This document shows positions 38,568 to 47,148 of a stretch of DNA of 64,000 nucleotides, piece after piece. Source of the DNA: Caldilineaceae bacterium (GTDB lineage: Bacteria; Chloroflexota; Anaerolineae; Caldilineales; Caldilineaceae). A program made the position numbers and the translations under genes. The DNA lies in NCBI GenBank assembly GCA_965242655.1, contig OZ251482.1, positions 4,137,480-4,201,479 of the forward strand, written 5' to 3'. Position 1 is the first letter of the stretch, and the number at the start of each line of letters is the position of its first letter. The notes below the pieces were generated by a model that saw only the letters and a list, made by a program, of their open reading frames with translations, did not search any database and was not told where the DNA came from.

Positions 38568-39527
38568 TCAATTGACGAGCGCCAAGGGCGCCTCGCCGCG
38601 AGCCACGCGGTCGATGTTGGCGAAGACGAACTCCCCGCGCCGGGCGAAGGAATCAAAGGTCACGCCGGCCGTATGGGGCGTGAAGATAACGTTGTCCAGG
38701 CCGAAGAGCGGGTGATCCGGCGCCGGCGGTTCCGCGACCATTACGTCCAGGGCTGCGCCCCCGATGCGCCGCTCCCGCAGGGCCAGCGCCAAGGCCTCTT
38801 CGTCCACCACTTCGCCCCGACAGGTATTGACGAGCAGGGCATGGGGTTGCATGCGCGCCAGCGCCGCGGCGTCAATCATTCGCCGCGTAGCGTCGTTCAG
38901 AGGGACGTGAAGGGTGACGATATCCGCTTGGGACAGCAGTTCCTCAAAGGCCACCCTGCGCGCGCGCAGGGCCTGGCATACGTCATCCGGCGGCGGAAAG
39001 GCGTCGCAAAACAGGATACGGACGCCGAAGGGGGCCAGCAGCTGGGCCACGCGCTGGCCGATCTTGCCCAGGCCGACGATGCCCACCGTCTTGCCGGCCA
39101 GCGTAAAAGTGGCCTGCGCCGAGTCAAGGCCGCGCCACGCGCCGGCCTTGACGAACCGATCGAAATCCGCGAAGCGCCGTAGGAAGGCCAGCATGAACAT
39201 CAGGGCGTGCTCGGCCACGTCGGGAGCGTTCGTCCCGCCGTTATTGGCGACGGGCACGCCCAAGGCGCGGCACAACCGGACGTTGATGCGGTCGAAGCCG
39301 GCGCTGACCAGTTGGACCAACTTGAGATGGCGGCCCGCCTGCACGGCGGCATCGTCCAGCGCGCTGGGAAAAAGGACGAGATATTCGTGTTGCTTGACGA
39401 GACGCTGAATCTCGGCCGCGTCCTGCCGGGGATTGGCCGTGCATACCGCGTCCGCCGCGCCCGCGTATTGGGTGACTTGGGCTGACAGCCGCGGAGCCAA
39501 GGTAGACAAAAAGAGGATCTTGCGCAT
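38568..39527 (-). CDS. D-isomer-specific 2-hydroxyacid dehydrogenase family protein
   Basis: GKTVGIVGLGKIGQRVA NAD-binding motif, NTCRGEVVDE, TPHTAG; start at ATG 39527 (MRKILFLS). Confidence 0.85.
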   Translation of the reverse strand: MRKILFLSTLAPRLSAQVTQYAGAADAVCTANPRQDAAEIQRLVKQHEYLVLFPSALDDAAVQAGRHLKLVQLVSAGFDRINVRLCRALGVPVANNGGTNAPDVAEHALMFMLAFLRRFADFDRFVKAGAWRGLDSAQATFTLAGKTVGIVGLGKIGQRVAQLLAPFGVRILFCDAFPPPDDVCQALRARRVAFEELLSQADIVTLHVPLNDATRRMIDAAALARMQPHALLVNTCRGEVVDEEALALALRERRIGGAALDVMVAEPPAPDHPLFGLDNVIFTPHTAGVTFDSFARRGEFVFANIDRVARGEAPLALVN

Positions 39528-39997
39528 GGGGCTGGATGCCTGGACCGAATGCAACAGCTATTCGCGAGTATTCCATTATATAGGCGATCGGCATTTGCCG
39601 TTTCATATGGCGGCAACGGAACGCGCTGCCCGCGTCCAAACATCCATGGAACCAGAGCCTCTGAAAGGCTCGCGAACCAGGCGTGAAGACGCGTAGACGG
39701 TTGGGGGACGCTGCGACCAGCGGACAAAGCGTCCGTATCGCTTGGCAGAGCGGAATGCACCGACCTGAAACTGGACGCGTGCTACGCGTCCACTCTTACT
39801 GCCATATTTCCCTGAGTATTTGGCGCTTCGGGTTCGTAACCCCGTTATCTACGCGGATGCATGCGTACGGCGCTGGCTCGCCCCGCGCTTGCACTCCCCG
39901 CTGTCGCAACAGGAACCGACCTGCTCTGACCGCCGCTTTCCTCCGGCGGTAGGGGATACCTCCCTGCTTGAACGGGCAACGGCGCCTGTGCCCGCGG

Positions 39998-40213
39998 TCA
40001 GACGAAAGGAATGAACCGCAAGGCGGTCAACACGGCCACGACGGCACCCATCTGGATCCACGGCCACCGCATCAAATCGGATTTGAGTTCGGCTATGTCC
40101 TGTTTGGTCGCGAACTGCGACCAGTCGGGGATGTGGGACGCTATGATCTCCGCGTGCTTTTCCGCCATCTGCGCGTCCCGCAATTCGCGGTAGACCGTTC
40201 GGTTCATGGCCAT
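39998..40213 (-). CDS. DUF1640-like tail-anchored coiled-coil protein, paralog 1 (71 aa)
   Basis: MAMNRTVYRELRDAQMAEKHAEIIASHIPDWSQFATKQDIAELKSDLMRW + C-terminal TM (IQMGAVVAVLTALRFIPFV). TATAAT lies upstream on the minus strand. Confidence 0.65.
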   Translation of the reverse strand: MAMNRTVYRELRDAQMAEKHAEIIASHIPDWSQFATKQDIAELKSDLMRWPWIQMGAVVAVLTALRFIPFV

Positions 40214-40376
40214 GGGATTACTGCCTATCCGGTAATTATATGAACTCTGCTACCCTGAGGGTGATCATTATACCCGTAAACATCCTATTGTGTCCGCATT
40301 GGTCGGATATTGATTTTCCCTGCGCCGGTAGGGCATACCTCCCTGCTTGAACTGGAAACGGATCCTGTGTCGGCGG

Positions 40377-40628
40377 TCAGGCGAAAGGAATGAACCGCAA
40401 GGCGGTCAACACGGCCACGACGGTGCCCATCTGAACCCACTGCCACCGCATCAAATCGGATTTGAGTTCGGCTACATCCTGCTTGAATTCCGATTTGAGT
40501 TCAATGATGTCCTGCTTGAATTCGGCCTTGAGTTCAGCCAAATCCTGCTTGGTTGCAAACTGCGACCAGTCGGGGATGTGAGACGCTATAATCTCCGCCT
40601 GCCTTTCTTCCATCTGCGCACCCCGCAA
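40377..40628 (-). pseudogene. DUF1640-like paralog 2, 5'-truncated (no ATG; homology to paralogs 1 and 3 breaks at 40644/40645)
   Basis: Identical to paralog 3 over ..cgcaattcgcggtagaccgtt, then unrelated. An in-frame TAG lies 5 codons upstream. Only a TTG start is available. Confidence 0.5.
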
Positions 40629-41038
40629 TTCGCGGTAGACCGTTATACCCTACGGCGTTTTGAGCCTCGTGCATCGGTCACCACAGAGAATTCTAGCCAA
40701 TGTCCTCATACCTGGATGTTGCTTGGAGCGGTATCCTGGGGTGGCTGCCTTGGGCTTGTTGTTGCTGTCCGAACTGGTTACGCTGGGCAACGGGCCGTAT
40801 ACGGTTCTGTCGAGCTTGGTCGGAAACCTGATCGGCATGGAAACGCCGAGTTGGCCGATGGCGATCTGGTTATGGGAGGGTTGGTGGCTGATGAAGGCGC
40901 ACTGGCCGAGCCTGCGTTCGCACGATGACGCGAACCCTTACCTTGACGATGATCCGGCCGATGCCTGGTCTCCGTATCGCACGAGCGGATTGGCCGCCGA
41001 TCCGGTGGACAGCCCGGTTGCTGCCAAGGATGCGCGGT

Positions 41039-41203
41039 ATGGGCGACAGGGCCTTTACCGAAAGCGCAGTGCTTGCTCTGCACAATGACGCGCAAGCGTT
41101 GCGCGCATCCGGTTACACATTCGCCGAGATGGGCCGCATGCTGGGCGTCAGCCGGAGCGCGGCGCTGGGCCAAGTCGTTGTACGGCCATTGCGAACGACC
41201 TGA
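41039..41203 (+). CDS. Possible 54-aa helix-turn-helix protein (GcrA-like or excisionase-like HTH)
   Basis: MGDRAFTESAVLALHNDAQALRASGYTFAEMGRMLGVSRSAALGQVV; AAGGA lies 7 nt upstream of the ATG. Weak. Confidence 0.3.
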   Translation: MGDRAFTESAVLALHNDAQALRASGYTFAEMGRMLGVSRSAALGQVVVRPLRTT

Positions 41204-41366
41204 CGACAGGCGGGCCCAGTGGCTCATCCATGAGAGCATGCTGCGGCGCAGGCGGCGGGTAGTCGTTTACGCTGACTGCGGACGGGGTTCCATTGAGATT
41301 GCATTTTCCCTCCGGCGGTAGGGGATACCTCCCTGCTTGAACTGGAAACGGATCCTGTGCCGGCGG

Positions 41367-41660
41367 TCAGGCGAAAGGAATGAACCGCAAGGCGGTCAAC
41401 AGGGCCACGACGGCGCCCATCTGAACCCACTGCCACCGCATCAAATCGGATTTGAGTTCGGCTACATCCTGCTTGAATTCGGATTTGAGTTCAACGATGT
41501 CCTGCTTGAATTCGGATTTGAGTTCGGCCTTGAGTTCGGCCAAATCCTGCTTGGTCGCGAACTGCGACCAGTCGGGGATGTGGGACGCTATGATCTCCGC
41601 CTGTCTTTCCTCCATCTGCGCGTCCCGCAATTCGCGGTAGACCGTTCGGTTCATGGCCAT
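41367..41660 (-). CDS. DUF1640-like tail-anchored coiled-coil protein, paralog 3 (97 aa)
   Basis: ORF track 41367..41717; start at ATG 41660 (MAMNRTVYRELRDAQMEERQAEII...). It has extra 11-aa units (ELKSEFKQDIV) relative to paralog 1. Confidence 0.65.
   Translation of the reverse strand: MAMNRTVYRELRDAQMEERQAEIIASHIPDWSQFATKQDLAELKAELKSEFKQDIVELKSEFKQDVAELKSDLMRWQWVQMGAVVALLTALRFIPFA
41448..41545 (-). repeat. 33-nt in-frame tandem repeat (about 3 units) encoding ELKSEFKQDI(V/A)
   Basis: ggatttgagttcggctacatcctgcttgaattc / ggatttgagttcaacgatgtcctgcttgaattc / ggatttgagttcggcc... Confidence 0.8.
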
Positions 41661-42341
41661 AGGATCACTTGCTCCTTGGCGGTTATTACGAACTCTGCTT
41701 GATTGTACCCTGACCATGCCTTGGGTTACCAGGGAATGTTGGGATTTAGCCTGTCCGGAGACGGTTATTCTGCCCGCGCTGGATTTTTCGAGGGCCAGAT
41801 GGGATGCGCTCGGTTGTCCGCGCTGCCGTGCGGTGGTTCTGCACCGGTCTGCACATCTACGGTTAGGTGCGCGGCGCTGCCGTATCCTGCCCTAAGAATA
41901 GCCGTTACGGCGTCCGTGCATGCATGGGAAGAAGGCGCGACCCGACCGAATCGCGGAGGGACAAGGAGACGCGAGCGGGGAATGGGATATCGGGACTATA
42001 GGCTTTTGCGTACGTTGTCCGTCTTGGCCAGAGTTGACGTTCGGTATGGAAGTAACCGTACGGAATTGCAGGCTGGGCAGTTGGAACCCGGGCGGGTTGA
42101 GGATGCCGTCGAGGCGGCGATAACCCTCGGCCTCGGATCCGCGGCGCCTGCCAGCGCGTTGCGCGGTTTGCGTTTGGCCTTGAATTTGGCGATACTATCG
42201 GTTGCTGTCAGCGCGCCAAACCCATTTCCTTCACGAACGCGCAAGGAGCCTTGGCTCCTGTCGCTATGGCCTGTTGCGCGCCCGAGGAACTCTGGGTTTG
42301 AAGGCCGCGCTGGTTCCTGTCCCGTAACGAGGAGGTTTCCC

Positions 42342-44072
42342 ATGCAGAGCGCACGATTCTTGGTTTTCTGGCACGGGGCCCTGGGCTTGGCGCTGGCTTG
42401 GGCGGTCGCCGCCTGCGGCGCAGCGCCTGCGGCGGAACCGGCCGCCCCTGAGCCCGCGGCGGCGGAAGCCGACGCGGAAGTGGTCCAGATCGAGGCCGTG
42501 GAGGAAGAAGAGACGACGCTGGCCGGCGAGATCGTGATCAGCATCCCGTCCAACGACGTGCAGACCTACCAGGCCTTGGCCGATGCCTATATGGCGATGC
42601 ATCCCGACGTGCGGGTGGAAGTGGAACTCAAGGCGCCCGACGTCGATGCCTATCTGCAATGGATCCGCACGCAGTTCACGTCGGCGGAACCGCGGGTCTC
42701 GCTCATCGAATCGCCGCATTTGCGGGAATTCGCCCAGGAAGACCGTCTCGTCAACTGGGCGCCGTACCTGAACCAGATCAATCCCTATACGGGCGCGTCC
42801 TGGGAAGACAGCTTCGAGGCCTGGGGCTTGAATCTGGTACGCGATCCCAGCACGGGCGAAATGTACATGATGCCCTATATGTCGGTGCAGACGTTCTGGG
42901 TGTACAACAAGGAGATCTTCGCCGAAGCAGGCATTACGGACGTGCCGACGCAGCCGACATGGGATCAATTGGCGGAATACAGCCGGAAGGTCCGCGATGC
43001 GGGCTACATCCCGATTGCGATGGAAGGCACGACGGAGCAGATCTGGGGCGGCGGCCGCATGCCGTGGCTGATGCGCTCGGCCATGGATCAATATCACCGG
43101 GACGAACTGCAGATCATCCGCTGCCAGGAGGGCGACTGGTGTTTCCGCGCCGGCGTGGATGACGTATGGACGTACGACCCGTCCGACGTGCGCAACGACG
43201 ATCCGGACAAGGTGTCCATCAACATCGTCCGGCACTTGCGGGCCCTGCAAGACGGCGCCATCGACTTCGACTCCGCCTGCACGGTGGAAATGATGGAGAA
43301 CGTCGGGCGCGTGTTCAAGACGGAACACGGCTTCGTCCCGGAGGGATGGGCCGGCATGGCGGACGCCTATCCCCTGTTCCTGACGCAACAAGCCGCCATG
43401 CGCATGGTGACGGGCGGTTTCTACACCAGTTTCCCCCGGGACATCCGCGCGTTGGCCCAAGGCGAATATGCGGGAGCCGGAGAGGTGGAGGAGGACCAGG
43501 CGGTCGCGGCCGCGGAGTTCGAGTACGGCCGTTTCGCCTTCCCCACGATAGAGGGTCCCTGCGTCCAGGGCACGGCCCGCGCCAACGAATTGACCCAGGG
43601 CTACCTGGCCCTGCCCAAGAAGAACCGGGTCCAGAACGATCTGGAAGTCGATTTCGTCATGTTCTGGACCAGCCCTGAAGGCATGCGCATCTTCCTGGAG
43701 AACAAGCTGGATGCCGACAACCTGCAGGGCGGCATTGCCGGCCCGCCGTTGATCAGAGGCGTGGAATTGCCGGATCCCTGGAAGGACGTCTTCGCCAACA
43801 GCGTGTTCATCGGCAACTACGAGAAACCGGGCGCGCCCGGCGACGCGGTCGCCCGCGGCTTTTTCAAGCACGAGGAATCCAAACGCATCTGGTCGATCAT
43901 GGTGCAGGAATTCTTCGCCGGCGAACGGACGGCCGAGGCATTCGCGGCGGACTATCAGCAACTCTTGGACGATACCTTCGACAGTCTGCTGGCCTATCTG
44001 AACCTGACGGCCGAAGACCTGGAGAATCCGGAAAAACGGCCGCCCGGCTGGGTGGCCGCCGGTCCCTACTAA
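42342..44072 (+). CDS. ABC transporter extracellular solute-binding lipoprotein (family 1, sugar-type)
   Basis: ATG 42342 with GAGGAGG upstream; signal LALAWAVAACG; 576 aa. It is the downstream part of ORF-track 41703..44072. Confidence 0.85.
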   Translation: MQSARFLVFWHGALGLALAWAVAACGAAPAAEPAAPEPAAAEADAEVVQIEAVEEEETTLAGEIVISIPSNDVQTYQALADAYMAMHPDVRVEVELKAPDVDAYLQWIRTQFTSAEPRVSLIESPHLREFAQEDRLVNWAPYLNQINPYTGASWEDSFEAWGLNLVRDPSTGEMYMMPYMSVQTFWVYNKEIFAEAGITDVPTQPTWDQLAEYSRKVRDAGYIPIAMEGTTEQIWGGGRMPWLMRSAMDQYHRDELQIIRCQEGDWCFRAGVDDVWTYDPSDVRNDDPDKVSINIVRHLRALQDGAIDFDSACTVEMMENVGRVFKTEHGFVPEGWAGMADAYPLFLTQQAAMRMVTGGFYTSFPRDIRALAQGEYAGAGEVEEDQAVAAAEFEYGRFAFPTIEGPCVQGTARANELTQGYLALPKKNRVQNDLEVDFVMFWTSPEGMRIFLENKLDADNLQGGIAGPPLIRGVELPDPWKDVFANSVFIGNYEKPGAPGDAVARGFFKHEESKRIWSIMVQEFFAGERTAEAFAADYQQLLDDTFDSLLAYLNLTAEDLENPEKRPPGWVAAGPY

Positions 44073-44170
44073 TCCCCATGAGGGCGTCCCGGCCTCCGCG
44101 CCGGGCGCCGGGCCCCAAGGGAAGTCGCGCGTGACGGCGGCTTCCCTTGGCCCGCGTTTTCCGCACCGCC

Positions 44171-46165
44171 ATGGCAGGGAGCACAATGCGCCGCGCTTGC
44201 GCGCTCGCGGTCTGGCTGTGCCTGTGGTCCGTTCTGCGGCCGGCGCCCGCCTGGGCGCAGAGCGGCGTCTTGTGGTCGGACGCGCAGGACAGCCAGGTAT
44301 CCGCCGTATCCATTGCCGCCGCGGGCCGGCGCGTGGCCTTCGGCACCCGCGGCAACGTCGTGCGCGTCTATGACGCGGACGGCAATCCCCTTTGGCAGTT
44401 CGAAGCGGCCAACAGCGTAACGGGCCTAGCCTGGAACGCGGACGGCTCGCGGCTGGCGGTCGCGTCGGAAGATCGCCGCGTCTACGTCTTGGCGGGCGAT
44501 ACGGGCCAGGCGCTGTGGGACTTTGAGGCCGCGCGTACCGTCAACGACGTGGCCATGGCGCGGGACGGTTCTCTGGTCGCCGTTACCTCTGACGATCAGA
44601 ACGTCTACGTGCTGGACGGCGCCGGCCAGCTGCTTTGGAGCCAAGACAAGGGCCAGGGCGTGGAAGCCGTGGGCGTCTACGGCGAGGGCGCCCACGCCCG
44701 CGTGGTCGTGGGCTCCGACGACGGCCGCGTGAACGTGCATGCCCGCGCCGGGGAAACGCTCCTCTCGACGCGCCTGGACTACGACGTCAAGGCGCTGTCG
44801 GTCTCGCGCACGGGCGCGCGTATCTTGGCGGGCGCCAGCGACGGCACGCTCACGTTGCTTAACGGGGCCAATGGCGCGCCGTTGTGGGAAGTCGCCGGCG
44901 ACGACGATATTGCCGACGTAGCCATGTCGGAAGACGGCGGCGCCATCCTGGCCGCCACCGAGGCGGGCACGGTCTATTTTCTGGACGGTGCAGGCAACGT
45001 CACCCAGCGCCTCCAACCGGAAGTGTCCATACGGAGCGTGGCCCTGTCGCGCGACGGCGCCCGCCTGGCGCTGGGCGCCAAGGACGGACAGGGCGAATTC
45101 CTGAATCGCGCGTTGCAGGCCCAAGGCGTAGCGCTGCGCGCGCGCCAGCGCGCCTTGATCGTGTCGGGCGCGGCCGGGCTGCTGGCGCTGATCGCGGCCG
45201 GCGCCGTTCTGCTGGTGCTTTTCACGGATCGGGGCCAGACCGTCTGGGAGCGGCAGGCCGCCGGACCGCGTCGCGGCCTGGCGGCCGTCTGGAAGGCGCG
45301 TTATTCCTACCTGCTCATCGTGCCCACGCTTGGCTGTTTGCTGACGTTCAACTACTATCCCGCCTTTTCGGGCCTCTACCACGCCTTCACGGACTGGAAT
45401 CCGGCGGGACGGTCGCCGTGGGTCGGACTGGAGAACTTTCGGTTCCTGATGGAGGATCGTTTCTTCCTGGCCAGTTTTCGGAACGCGCTCGTGCTGGTCG
45501 TCGTGAGCATCGCCAAGACGATGACCATGCCCTTGCTGGTCGCGGAATTGATCTTCAACCTGAAGCACCGGTACGCCCAGTACTGGATGCGCACCCTGTT
45601 CGTAGTGCCCATCGTCTTGCCGGCCGTGGTCGAAATTCTGGTCTGGAACAATATCTACGATCCCGCCATCGGGTTGCTCAACGAAAGCCTGAAGCTGCTG
45701 GGCCTGGAGGAATGGACGCGCGTATGGTACGGCGATCCCAACGTGGCCCTGAGCTCCGTTCTGTTTATCGGCGTGCCTTGGGTCAACGCCTTCGCCCTGC
45801 TCATCTTCTACGGCGGCCTGATCTCCATTTCCGACGAGATCATCGATTCGTCCAAAGTGGACGGAGCCAACGCTTTCAGGCGTTTCTGGAGCATCGACCT
45901 GCCGCTGCTCATGGGGCAGGTCAAATTGCTCCTCATTCTCAATTTCATCAACGCCGTCCAGACCTTCGAATTGGTGTTCCTGACCACCGGCGGCGGGCCG
46001 GGCGCCGCCACGTACGTGCCTGCCCTGGAACTCTATTACATGGCCATGCGCATGGACCGGATGGGGGTGGCCTCCGCGATCGGCATGATCCTGTTCGTCA
46101 TCATTCTGCTGGGCACGATTCTCAATATGCGCTTCGTGCGGTCCTCCACGGAGTTTCAGGCTTGA
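44171..46165 (+). CDS. Fusion protein: signal peptide + about 7-bladed WD40/PQQ-like beta-propeller + TM + CUT1 sugar ABC permease (MalF/UgpA-like)
   Basis: About 40-aa repeats (DG.RLAVAS.D..VYVL...G..LW). A TM helix (LIVSGAAGLLALIAAGAVLLVLF) is followed by a canonical permease start (YSYLLIVPTLGCLLTFNYYPAFSGLYHAFTDW) and the EAA-like region SKVDGANAFRRFWSIDLPLL. One uninterrupted frame. Confidence 0.8.
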   Translation: MAGSTMRRACALAVWLCLWSVLRPAPAWAQSGVLWSDAQDSQVSAVSIAAAGRRVAFGTRGNVVRVYDADGNPLWQFEAANSVTGLAWNADGSRLAVASEDRRVYVLAGDTGQALWDFEAARTVNDVAMARDGSLVAVTSDDQNVYVLDGAGQLLWSQDKGQGVEAVGVYGEGAHARVVVGSDDGRVNVHARAGETLLSTRLDYDVKALSVSRTGARILAGASDGTLTLLNGANGAPLWEVAGDDDIADVAMSEDGGAILAATEAGTVYFLDGAGNVTQRLQPEVSIRSVALSRDGARLALGAKDGQGEFLNRALQAQGVALRARQRALIVSGAAGLLALIAAGAVLLVLFTDRGQTVWERQAAGPRRGLAAVWKARYSYLLIVPTLGCLLTFNYYPAFSGLYHAFTDWNPAGRSPWVGLENFRFLMEDRFFLASFRNALVLVVVSIAKTMTMPLLVAELIFNLKHRYAQYWMRTLFVVPIVLPAVVEILVWNNIYDPAIGLLNESLKLLGLEEWTRVWYGDPNVALSSVLFIGVPWVNAFALLIFYGGLISISDEIIDSSKVDGANAFRRFWSIDLPLLMGQVKLLLILNFINAVQTFELVFLTTGGGPGAATYVPALELYYMAMRMDRMGVASAIGMILFVIILLGTILNMRFVRSSTEFQA

Positions 46166-46167
46166 CC

Positions 46168-47037
46168 ATGGCCGCCCCTGCCGTTGCGCCCGCCGCCTTC
46201 CGCGCCCGTTCCCGGTTCCGGTTTTCGCTGGCCCAGGGCCTGATGCTGGCCGGCCTGTTTTTCCTGCTCTTCCTGACGTTCGTGCCCATCGGCTATCTCG
46301 CGGTGTTGGCGCTGAAGGACAACGGCCAGATCTACGGGCGTTTCTGGTCTCTGCCCAACCCGTATCGCTGGGAGAATTTCGCCTTGGGCTGGCAAGTCAT
46401 CGCCCGTCCGATCCTGAATTCCATCATCACGTCCGGCACCGCGTGCTGCGTCACCATCGTGCTGGCCAGCCTGTCCGGGTACGTGTTCGCGCGGCATCGC
46501 TTTCCGGGCAAAGAGGTCATCTACACGGGCATTCTGGCCTTGCTCATGATCCCGCCCATCCTGACCCTGATCCCGGCCTACGTCCTTATTCTCAACATGG
46601 GCCTGGAAAATACGTACTGGGCCTTGATTCTGCCCTGGACCTCCGGCGGCCAGGTGTTCGCGCTCTTGCTGTGCCGCAGTTTTTTCGCCACGTTGCCGGA
46701 AGAGTTCTTCGACGCCGCCCGTATCGACGGCGCGACCGAATTCCAGTCCTTCTGGCGGATCGCCGTGCCGCTGTCCATGCCCATCCTCGTCACGGTCGCA
46801 GTGGTGCGGCTGGTGACGACCTACAACCAGTTCATGTGGCCGCTCGTCGCCATTTCCTCGCCGAAACGCCAAGTGGTGGCGGTGGCCTTGACGCAATTCA
46901 CGTCCGAGATCGGCGTCACGGACATCGGACCGCGCATGGCCGCCTACATCACGGCGTCCATCCCGTTGATCCTGCTGTTTTCTTTCGGCATGCGCCATTA
47001 CGTCCGCGGTTTGACGGCGGGCGGCTTGAAGGCGTAA
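46168..47037 (+). CDS. Carbohydrate ABC transporter permease (MalG/UgpE-like)
   Basis: ATG 46168; AARIDGATEFQSFWRIAVPL EAA motif. It is the real part of the artefactually long ORF 44884..47037. Confidence 0.85.
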   Translation: MAAPAVAPAAFRARSRFRFSLAQGLMLAGLFFLLFLTFVPIGYLAVLALKDNGQIYGRFWSLPNPYRWENFALGWQVIARPILNSIITSGTACCVTIVLASLSGYVFARHRFPGKEVIYTGILALLMIPPILTLIPAYVLILNMGLENTYWALILPWTSGGQVFALLLCRSFFATLPEEFFDAARIDGATEFQSFWRIAVPLSMPILVTVAVVRLVTTYNQFMWPLVAISSPKRQVVAVALTQFTSEIGVTDIGPRMAAYITASIPLILLFSFGMRHYVRGLTAGGLKA

Positions 47038-47148
47038 CGCGGGCCAGGCTGCCTGCCCGTGCGCGAGCGGGCCAAGCGACGTTACGGCCTTGAACCGCTC
47101 CGGATGATCAGCCGCGCGGGCATGGAGCCGTAAGCCGACCTTCGTTCA

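Noticed and set aside
39815-39850. tRNA-like T-arm (cgggttcgtaaccccg)
   Set aside because: It has only a 4-bp stem with an 8-nt loop. No complementary acceptor-stem sequence lies about 65 nt upstream, and there is no anticodon-arm geometry.
40347-40928. Plus-strand ORFs (also 39968..40243 and 41337..41702) beginning in the conserved flank and running antisense through the DUF1640-like genes
   Set aside because: They use non-ATG starts. Their repeats (FGFEFNDVLLEF) are the complement of the ELKSEFKQD units. The minus-strand products have a coherent architecture (coiled coil plus TM) and upstream -10 boxes. An antisense RNA, as opposed to a protein, remains possible.
44884-47037. 717-aa plus-strand ORF suggesting one very large gene
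   Set aside because: Only the last 289 codons (from ATG 46168) are a real MalG-like permease. The upstream part is an alternative frame of the propeller::permease gene and is Arg/Gly-rich nonsense.
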